DNA from: an uncultured Lentisphaerota bacterium
GTDB lineage: Bacteria; Verrucomicrobiota; Kiritimatiellia; RFP12; UBA1067
Length of the DNA stretch: 64,000 bases
Assembly: GCA_900320225.1 (NCBI GenBank)
Contig: ONRL01000002.1
Location: forward strand, 3,236 to 67,235
Direction of reading: 5' to 3'
Under the pieces are notes generated by a model. It was not told the origin of the DNA. It worked only from the letters and a program-made list of their open reading frames with translations, and searched no databases. The position numbers were made by a program, and so were the translations under genes. This document shows, in pieces, positions 40,705-48,300 of the stretch. Numbering within the stretch: position 1 is the stretch's first letter; the number at the start of each line of letters is the position of its first letter.

Positions 40705-41610
40705 ATGCAAAAGTACATACGATGCCACATGGTCGAAGCCGAGCCGATGACGCGCGGAGACTATAACATCTCTCGCGGCGAGCCGTGCAATCTGAACGGA
40801 GCGCCAGAAGACGAGGGCTACCATGTCGTCCATCCCGACGGCTACGAGTCGTGGTGCCCCAAGGCGCAGTTCGAAGCCGCAGGCCGTCCAATCGACAGCA
40901 TGACGTTCGGCATGGCGATCGAAGCCATGAAGAAAGGCGCGAAGGTCGCCCGTCGCGGCTGGAACGGCAAGGGTATGTTCCTGTGGCTGAAACCAGCGAC
41001 AAGCATCAAGGCGGAGTGGTGCAAGGATGAAACGCTGAAAGGTCTCGTCGAAGCCAACGGCGGCGAAATCCTCGGCCTCGGCACCATCTGCATGTACACG
41101 CACGACGCCACGGGCCGCAAGGCAATTCTTACGGGTTGGCTCGCTTCGCAGTCCGATATGCTCTACGAAGATTGGGTTGTCGTGGAGAATGCCGCCGCCA
41201 ACACCATCCGCATCGAGGCCGGCGTCCGCTATCCAGAAGACGGCAACATCAACTGCATTGCCGACGACAACGACAACCCAAAGATGCCATTCCTTGTGCC
41301 AGATCCCGACAGCAAAGGCGAATGGCGCTGGAACCTCGACGTCAACATCGACACCGGCGAGGTCTCCGACTGGCCGAAGGGCGTTGTTGCCGATGTCCAC
41401 TACAAGGTCTGCGACTGCTGCCGCATTAAGTACGGCGACAAGAATTACGAGAACTACGTCCCGGACTTCCTGTCTATCAACGACGAAGGTTATGGGGACT
41501 ATGTGATACTCACCGTAGAAGACGGACGAATAAAGAACTGGGACGCCGCCAAATGCCGTGGCTTCATCAATGATTATCTCGCCATAACCGACACACAGAA
41601 GGAGGACTAA
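40705..41610 (+). CDS. Three-domain protein with a central DUF2829 (Tad2-like) domain (301 aa)
   Basis: The centre, MTFGMAIEAMKKGAKVARRGWNGKGMFLWL...WLASQSDMLYEDWVVVE, matches the DUF2829 pattern. The N-terminal ~60 aa include GYHVVHPDGYESWCPKAQFEAA. The C-terminal ~140 aa are unassigned. Confidence 0.65.
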   Translation: MQKYIRCHMVEAEPMTRGDYNISRGEPCNLNGAPEDEGYHVVHPDGYESWCPKAQFEAAGRPIDSMTFGMAIEAMKKGAKVARRGWNGKGMFLWLKPATSIKAEWCKDETLKGLVEANGGEILGLGTICMYTHDATGRKAILTGWLASQSDMLYEDWVVVENAAANTIRIEAGVRYPEDGNINCIADDNDNPKMPFLVPDPDSKGEWRWNLDVNIDTGEVSDWPKGVVADVHYKVCDCCRIKYGDKNYENYVPDFLSINDEGYGDYVILTVEDGRIKNWDAAKCRGFINDYLAITDTQKED

Positions 41611-41613
41611 GCC

Positions 41614-41763
41614 ATGAAGTACCCTCGCACACGACAGGGCATGGCGCGCCGCAAGGCCGAAGGCCTCAACCCGCGCTCGCAGTTCAACCCGCACAACGGC
41701 GAACCCCACACTAAGCGGTGGCTCGACGCGGAGCGCAAGCTGGGGCTGCGCAGGATGCGGTAG
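41614..41763 (+). CDS. Small basic protein (49 aa)
   Basis: Sequence begins MKYPRTRQGMARRKAEGLNPRSQFNPHNGEPHTKRWLDAERKLGLRRMR. Below the track's size cut-off. Confidence 0.35.
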   Translation: MKYPRTRQGMARRKAEGLNPRSQFNPHNGEPHTKRWLDAERKLGLRRMR

Positions 41764-41772
41764 GCCAACCAC

Positions 41773-41800
41773 GGGCAGCGGGCCGTCGCGCCCGCTGCCC
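41773..41800 (+). terminator. Strong GC hairpin (11-bp perfect stem, 6-nt loop), no U-tract
   Basis: GGGCAGCGGGC cgtcgc GCCCGCTGCCC. It lies between the 49-aa gene and lemA. Confidence 0.35.
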
Positions 41801-41824
41801 CAACAACCCTAAAGGAGCATGCAA

Positions 41825-42367
41825 ATGAAACAAGCACTAATAATACTCGCCGCATTTGTCGGCATAACACTAATCGCCGTCTGCGCCGTTTTCTCGTCGA
41901 AGAATGCGGCCGTCTCGCTGGAGGAAACCGTCAACGCGGCGAAGTCCGGCATAGACGTGCAGCTCACAAACCGCTTCAACAAGTTCCACGAACTCGCGGC
42001 GTGCGTCAAGAAATACGACGAACACGAGTACAAGACGCTCGTGGACGTCATCGAGCGCCGCGGTCGGAACATGAGCGGAGCGGAGGCAAAGCAGTGCATT
42101 GCGGCGTTCTCGCGCGTGGAGGAGCGCTACCCAGACCTCAAGTCGCAGGCCAACTACAAACAGCTGATGACCGAGGTCGCGCTCACGGAAAACCACCTGG
42201 CACAACACAAGAAGGCGTACAACGAATCCGTGCGTGACTACCGCTACCACTGCCGCAAGTTCCCCACATCCATCTTCCTCGGATGGACGGGCTACGAGGT
42301 GCAGACCTACGAGATGTACGCAGCGGACGAGGCCGTGAAGGACTCAAAACCCCTCGACCTGTTCTGA
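41825..42367 (+). CDS. lemA: LemA-family membrane protein (180 aa)
   Basis: N-terminal TM helix. GIDVQLTNRFNKFHELAACVKKYDEHEYKTLVDVIERR...RYPDLKSQANYKQLMTEVALTENHLAQHKKAYNESVRDYR matches the LemA pattern. RBS AAAGGAGC. Confidence 0.75.
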   Translation: MKQALIILAAFVGITLIAVCAVFSSKNAAVSLEETVNAAKSGIDVQLTNRFNKFHELAACVKKYDEHEYKTLVDVIERRGRNMSGAEAKQCIAAFSRVEERYPDLKSQANYKQLMTEVALTENHLAQHKKAYNESVRDYRYHCRKFPTSIFLGWTGYEVQTYEMYAADEAVKDSKPLDLF

Positions 42368-42382
42368 CGGGAGCCCTCCGCT

Positions 42383-43159
42383 ATGCCCATCTTTCCATAC
42401 AAAAGGAGATCCGGCCTCTCTTCGGCGGCGCACTCGTTCGAGGTTACGCCGAGGGAGGTCGTGTTCTCGGTTCTGATCGTCGGCGTGCTCTACGCCATCG
42501 GGTTTCTCGTCGCCGGTGCGATAGAGAAGCACGTCGCCGAGCGCTGCCTCAAGTACCGTCAGGCCGTCCAGATGAAGGACACCGGCGTTGAGCTGGCCTA
42601 TGCCTGCAAGACGGACGTCGGGGATGCATTCGTCGAAGGCGACTTCAGGACCGTAGACCCCGTTTCGTGGGACGGGCTCGCTGGTGTGCACCTCTGCATC
42701 CGCAGGGACAAGGAGCGGTACACGATGCACACGCGGACGGTCCACTACACGGACAGCAAGGGGCGCACGCGAACGCGAACGGAGCACTACTGGACATGGG
42801 ACGTGGTGGCGAGTGACAGCCGTAGAGCCACCAGGATTTCCTTCTGCGGGAATGTCTACGCCGTTGGCACGTTCGACTACGATGGGATTGGCTCTTCTCG
42901 CCACGTTCAGGGCACGGGGTTCCACACCCGGAACGTGTTCTACTACAAGCCCAAGGACTTCCGCGGCACCGTCTTCGCGGAACTGCGGCATGGAAAAATA
43001 CTCGGACACCCATATGTCTACGCGGGCATGAACCTGGCTAAGACGTATGAATTCTTCACCACGTCGCATGCGACAACGATCTTCTGGACGCTGTGGCTAG
43101 CGTTCACGGCGGCGTGCGTATGTGCGTTTTATGCACACGAGAACGGATGGCTTGAGTGA
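42383..43159 (+). CDS. Two-TM protein with a beta-rich central domain, LemA partner (258 aa)
   Basis: TM helices near residues 27-47 and 232-252, with His/Thr/Arg-rich beta-type sequence between them. The architecture resembles the GIDE/DUF3137-type genes that often follow lemA (tentative). Confidence 0.5.
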   Translation: MPIFPYKRRSGLSSAAHSFEVTPREVVFSVLIVGVLYAIGFLVAGAIEKHVAERCLKYRQAVQMKDTGVELAYACKTDVGDAFVEGDFRTVDPVSWDGLAGVHLCIRRDKERYTMHTRTVHYTDSKGRTRTRTEHYWTWDVVASDSRRATRISFCGNVYAVGTFDYDGIGSSRHVQGTGFHTRNVFYYKPKDFRGTVFAELRHGKILGHPYVYAGMNLAKTYEFFTTSHATTIFWTLWLAFTAACVCAFYAHENGWLE

Positions 43160-43205
43160 ACGTACAGGACAAAGACTAACATTCAGACAACAAAGGAGCA
43201 AACTG

Positions 43206-43754
43206 ATGAACGCACGCAAGATACTTATGGACTACGACAAGTGGCACTACCACAGACCCAAGCTTCCCACGGAATACCTGCGGCATCCCCGTTGGCTGTT
43301 CTGCCGCTGGGCGTGGGACCGCTACACCTGGCCGAGCTACGGCTCGTTCTTCTGCGAATGGCTGGAGAACATCTTCGTGTTTCTCACGCCGTGGTGCCGT
43401 CCGGCTCGCCGCCTGCTCAACGTGTTCGCCAACAGGAACGACACGAAGCTCCTCCACCAGACCCCCGCCGCCGTCGGAGTGCGGACGCGCGGCGAGTCGC
43501 AGGCGTACTACGACCTCCGTTGCGGGTTTTTCCTTGCGACGCTTGAGCGGACGCTCTACGTTGACCGCGAGACGGGCAAGGGCGCGAACATGTTCGGCGC
43601 GGCGATCTGCGGGCGAAGCGAAAAAGATTTTGACATACGGCACGAGCGCGTCCTCTCCGGCCCCTGCATGACTACCGCCCAGTGCGCCAGACTCCTTGAG
43701 CGGATCGTGGCGGCGACGCCGGACTGCGAATGGTGCGGGCTGGACGAAGAGTGA
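43206..43754 (+). CDS. Trp/Cys-rich hypothetical protein (182 aa)
   Basis: RBS CAAAGGAGCAAACTG precedes the ATG at 43206. It is the last gene of the plus-strand arm. Confidence 0.5.
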   Translation: MNARKILMDYDKWHYHRPKLPTEYLRHPRWLFCRWAWDRYTWPSYGSFFCEWLENIFVFLTPWCRPARRLLNVFANRNDTKLLHQTPAAVGVRTRGESQAYYDLRCGFFLATLERTLYVDRETGKGANMFGAAICGRSEKDFDIRHERVLSGPCMTTAQCARLLERIVAATPDCEWCGLDEE

Positions 43755-43776
43755 GAAACTGTGTAAGAAAATTCCT

Positions 43777-43807
43777 TCTGTGGGTGCGAATCCCATCAGT
43801 GTTTTCT
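43777..43807 (+). terminator. Rho-independent terminator candidate for the early arm
   Basis: The hairpin CTGTGGG tgcgaat CCCAtCAG has one bulge. It is followed by TGTTTTCTT. Confidence 0.4.
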
Positions 43808-43924
43808 TACAAAATTCTTACAAAGAAAACGCCCCGTTTTGAGAAATTGAACCGAGTTTTGAAAACACAATCTCAACGAAACTTCGGTTTTAGCGAATAA
43901 ATCGCAAATAATCCAAGTTATGAA

Positions 43925-43956
43925 TGGAGCGGGCGATGGGAATCGAACCCACCACA
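43925..43956 (-). other. tRNA 3'-end fragment (T-arm, acceptor 3' strand and CCA only), the putative att core
   Basis: The reverse complement reads GTGGTGGGTTCGATTCCCATCGCCCGCTCCA. The sequence 5' of it (AACATTATCACATTT) has no D-arm or anticodon arm. It most resembles tRNA-Gly 3' ends (from memory). Confidence 0.7.
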
Positions 43957-44092
43957 AATGTGATAATGTTTATTTTTCACTCGTTTTATCTGCGTTTTTA
44001 GTGAAGTTCATTTTATTCTTGCACCATTCTTACAAGTTTTGATACCATACTGCCCGTCATCCAGAAGCCGATTTCAAAACGACTGAAACACA

Positions 44093-45325
44093 ATGGAGTT
44101 AGCCATGTTTCGTTCAAAACGCGAGGTCCTTTCATCCATCAGGGAACACAAGTTCACCAAGGGCGGGAAAGAGTATACCATATTCTCGGCCTTCTTGGGA
44201 AGGGATCCGATATCGAACAAAGGCAAGCGCGTCGCTCGCTCCGACAAGAACGAGCTCAGGCAGTACATCTCAGACTTTTACACCCGGCTCGACAAGGGTG
44301 GAGACAACGCCGTGCAGCTGGATCATGCGCAGTCCGCGGACGCCCACGCCGCATACGGGCTCATGGCGCAGTTCGGGCTGCAGATGACCCTTGCCGACGT
44401 GGTGCGCGCATACGCGACGCAGAAGGCGTACGGCGAACTTAAAGGCGACTGCAAGACGTCCGTGGGCGAAGCCTGGCACAGATACTCCGGCACTCTGTGG
44501 ACCAAGAGCGAGGCCTACCGCAAGTGCGTGACGAGCCGAATAGGCGCCTGGGTGCATTGCTTCGGCGAGAACCGGCTCCTGTCCGAAGTCTCAGCCTCGG
44601 AGCTGAAGGAATACCTCATGGACAAAGTCTTCCGACCGGAAAAGCCGGACACGGCGAAGACCTACAACAACGTCCTTGGCGACATCAAGACGTTCATCCA
44701 CTGGTGCTGCGCGAAGGAACAGGACCTTCTGGCGGTCGATCCTCTCGACGGCATGAAGAAGATGGAAATCGGGTACCGCCAGCCGGAATACATGAAGGCG
44801 GCGGATGTGGAGAAGTTGTTCCGCGTACTCGAGGCGCGCAAGGAGAAGCGGCCGGAAAACCTGGCCGACGCGATCCTGTCGTTCTTCTGCGGCGTCAGGC
44901 AGTGCGAGATAGCGCGCGTCCGAGAAGGCGAGAGCGCAGTGAAAATCAGCCTGGAGGACCACTTCATCCGCATAGTGAAGGTCAAGGGCTCGCTCCGCGG
45001 CATCCGCCCCCGCGCGTTCAAGATACCAGCGCAGGCCGAGGCATGGATGCGCTCGTTCGACTTCATGGCCGCAGTGCAGATCCCCAACACGGCGTTCCGC
45101 TACCACCTGAACATGGCCGCGAAGAAAGCCGGTATAAAGATGCCGAAGAACGCCGGGCGCCACACCTTCATAACGATGTACGAGGCGGCACACCACGACA
45201 CCAATGCGCTCTCCGGCATAGTCGGCAACACCGAAGGCGTCCGGTCGCGCTCCTACAACGGCGTCGAGCTGGAGCGCGAGGGACGGGCCTACTTCGAGAT
45301 TATGCCTACTTCTTCGGCCTCATGA
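44093..45325 (+). CDS. int: Tyrosine recombinase / phage integrase (410 aa)
   Basis: Catalytic-domain signatures are FFCGVRQCEI (Arg I), VKVKGS (Lys), NAGRHTFITMY (H/R box) and GVRSRSYNGV (Tyr). It adjoins the att-like site. An alternative start lies at 44105. Confidence 0.8.
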   Translation: MELAMFRSKREVLSSIREHKFTKGGKEYTIFSAFLGRDPISNKGKRVARSDKNELRQYISDFYTRLDKGGDNAVQLDHAQSADAHAAYGLMAQFGLQMTLADVVRAYATQKAYGELKGDCKTSVGEAWHRYSGTLWTKSEAYRKCVTSRIGAWVHCFGENRLLSEVSASELKEYLMDKVFRPEKPDTAKTYNNVLGDIKTFIHWCCAKEQDLLAVDPLDGMKKMEIGYRQPEYMKAADVEKLFRVLEARKEKRPENLADAILSFFCGVRQCEIARVREGESAVKISLEDHFIRIVKVKGSLRGIRPRAFKIPAQAEAWMRSFDFMAAVQIPNTAFRYHLNMAAKKAGIKMPKNAGRHTFITMYEAAHHDTNALSGIVGNTEGVRSRSYNGVELEREGRAYFEIMPTSSAS

Positions 45326-48300
45326 GGTCTATGACCTGCTGCTGGTAGCGAAGGCGCGTCTTCTCGTACTTCTTCTTGGTGGCCTCCGAGGGGTTGCGCT
45401 TCCTCACCCAGCGGCCGCCTTCGCGCTCTTCGCCGTCCTCCCAGTGGCGCAGCGTCCTGATGTCGTTCAGGAGCTTCCTGATCTTCTCGTCGCGGCGCGA
45501 GCCGGCCTTGATCGTGCCATCGGCGCGGTCCACCTTGTAGCGGCGCTCCGCCTCGTAGAAGTTGTGCGCATTGTCCGGTACGTCGCGCACATAGTCGCGC
45601 CAGAAGGGGATATGCGAATTGTCGAGGTCCTTGCCCTCCTTCAGGTCCGTCACGAAGTCCGACACAGTCGTTATGTCGCGGCCCAGGTTCTTCAACGCCG
45701 AGTCCACTACGAACTTGTAGTTCTCGGGGGAGTAGTCAAACCACCCACGGCGCCTCTCGTTGCCGCCCGTGAGCTTGTTCATCCCGCGCGCCATGGACTT
45801 CCAGACGTCGCCGGTCTGCTTGCGCCCGTTCTCGGAGTACGGTTTCGTCTCTGAGAACATCTGCTTGCGGATCGGACGCCCGGCGTAGTCCTCGTTGCCC
45901 TTCAGCTGATAGAACGGCACCAGAAGCGTCGGAAGGAGCGACTGTACAGGCGTATCGCTGTTGAAGTCTCCAGTGCCGGTGAAGTGCATCCCGGAGTCAA
46001 GCGCCTCCTTGCCGATATGCTTTGCCGCATCCGCCCCGGAAATGTCACCGAGCGCCGCCCGCGCCGCGAGGTTGCCGGCGTACTTCAACACCGAGAACGG
46101 CCCAGCGTGGAACGGCACGCGGATGAACTTGTCCCCCATGCGGAAGTAGAGGGAGTTCGCCCGCTGGAACTCCGTCATGGTCTCGCCCGACGGCTCGCCG
46201 CTCTTCCTGGCCTTCTTGTCGTCGTCTGCGTTGAAGAAGTGCTCGGCCATCGCCTCCATGACGCCGTAGGTGAAAAGCGCCATAGCCAACTGGCGGCCAT
46301 GCTTGCCCGTGGCAAGGGACGCCGTCTGGCGGATCGCGCCGCCTATGACCGAGCCGGAGAACATCCATGCCGAGTTCATCCAGCGCTGGTTGCCGTACTT
46401 GTTGAAGTCGGTCGAGTATTCGCGCGAACGCATCGCCGCCTCGCCGTCCGAGGCGCCGCCGTCAATGTAGTCCTTGAACACAGCAAGGCGCGTCGCAAGC
46501 TCGCCCTGCTTGTTGATCTCGGAGATGCCGCGCCCGACGAACCGCAGTACGTCCATGACGCCGTGTTTGCCCGAGGCCACCTTGCCGAGGTCGTTCTTCA
46601 GCTCCGTGTAGCCCTCGTTGCCCATGCCGCCAATCGACGCGCCCGACTCGACGTAGCGGCGCATGACGTCGGCATAAGGCCCCTCGAACTTGCCGGTCTT
46701 GATGTACTTGCGGATCGTCCCCGCCATACGCACAGCGTTCGCGACGTTCCTCACGGCGGACACGCCGCCGCGGATGACACCCTTGTCGGCCATCGTATTC
46801 AGGGACGCCTCGAGCATGTCGGCGGCGAAGTTGCGCCCAAGGAACGCCGGCGAAAGCTCCGTCGCCGTGGAAGCGTAGCCGCGGGTAAAAGCCGCCACGG
46901 GTTTCCACATATTCTGGACCCCGCGTCCAATGACGGCCTCCGCAACGCGCTCGCCCTGTTTGCCGTTCAGCTCGATCATGTAGAGGTTGCCGCCCTCCTT
47001 GAATGCCACGAGGTTCGGACGCCCCGAGCCGCCCTTCACGGTCTGCTCGTGGTAGTTGGGATCCGGGAAGTCCTCGATCTGCTTGTGCGTGAAGCTCCAT
47101 GCCTTGCCGCGGCGGACACCCTTGCGTACCTTGCCTACGCCCGGCGTGGAGCGCACGAAGTCCGCCAGGACGCGACGGGCCTCGTTGATGTTCGAGCCAT
47201 ACATCGCGTCCTGGTACTCCTTGAACATGAACTCCACGGGGTTGTCTGGCAGCGTGTAGCGCCCGTTCGCCTCCTTGAAGTCGCTTCTGCGCCACTGCCG
47301 CGTGGAGCGGTTGTATTCGCCGCCCTCGTCGGAGAGGTCGTCGCGCATCGGGACGTGGAACGGCTCCTCCTTGCGCCACTGGTCCGCCGTCTCGCGGGCG
47401 ACGCGCCCGGATTCGACGCGGCGCTCCATGCCCTCGTCCTGCATCTTCCAGAGGAAATTAGCCATCTCCTCGATCTTGGCAACCTTGTCGGCACCGAGAT
47501 GCGAACGGAGGTCGGAGAGTATCTTCGCCGCGTCGGCGTCCGAAAGGCCCGCGCCGTCAAGCGTGCCCGAGCGCTCCATCACCTTGCGATTGCGGTCTTT
47601 CGCATTCGTGGCGATCATGTACATGCCGACGTCGTCAACGGTCGCGCCGGACTTGCGGAGCATGTCCTCGAAGGGGCGCTTCCATATCTTCTCGTAGCGC
47701 TGGCGCGCCGCCTCGTTGTGGCCGTGCAGAAGACGCATGGCGTTGTACGGCGAGTTCTCGGCGTACAGGTCCTTCTTGTCGCGTCTGCCGGTGGCGATTT
47801 CCATCTTCTTGATGGGGTCGTAGCGGTCGGCGAGTTCCGTTTTCGCCTTCTCCGCGATGGTCGTCTTGCGGTCCGCCGCGGGGGCGACGGGCTCCGGCTC
47901 CTTCGGCTCGCCGTCGGGGCGGATGCGCGCGCGGTTCGCGTCGTCGATCTGCGTCATGTCCTCGGCGACGTTGTGGCGGTCGGCGGTCTCCCAGGGGGCC
48001 GTCTTGCCGCGCTCCTCGGCGGACATCCTGGCGCGCGTGGCGGCCTGGCGGGCCTCCCACTCGCCGTGTTCCTGCGTGTAGCGCCCGAACGACTTGCCGT
48101 CGGTGTTCGTGCCGCCGGCCATGCCGGACGCCGCCTGTATGCGGTGCTGGAGCTCGTGGTTCAGCGTCTCGGCGGTCGTGCCGCGCTCGTAGAGGTGTAT
48201 CTTCCCCTTCGTCGCGTAGCCGAGCGTGCCGTCCTTCGGCTGCTCCGCCTTGCGGTCAACCTCGATCGTCTCCTTGCCGAGCCTCGGGTAGGCGGCGAGG

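Larger units (their letters stand above)
43755..44092. other. attP region: AT-rich, with arm-type repeats on both sides of a tRNA-derived core
   Basis: TTCTTACA occurs at 43803-43810, 43814-43821 and 44047-44054, and inverted as TGTAAGAA at 43761-43768. GTTTTGA motifs occur at ~43835, ~43855 and ~44056, and inverted at ~44075. The region adjoins int. Confidence 0.6.

Noticed and set aside
40237-41772. 511-aa minus-strand ORF, and 25497..26621 (374 aa, minus strand)
   Set aside because: They are antisense to the DUF2829 and MTase genes and to the Sak4-like gene, whose plus-strand products carry clear family motifs. Their composition is typical of GC-driven shadow ORFs.
43776-43798. Second tRNA T-arm-like sequence on the plus strand (GTGGGTGCGAATCCCAT), possibly a second att remnant
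   Set aside because: It has only a 5-7-bp stem and no acceptor sequence. It sits directly after the last early gene and is followed by a T-rich tract, so it is better explained as a terminator hairpin.
43925-43956. A complete tRNA gene
   Set aside because: Only the T-arm, the 3' acceptor strand and CCA are present. The sequence where the anticodon and D arms should be is AT-rich and cannot fold into a cloverleaf. I interpret it as the att core.
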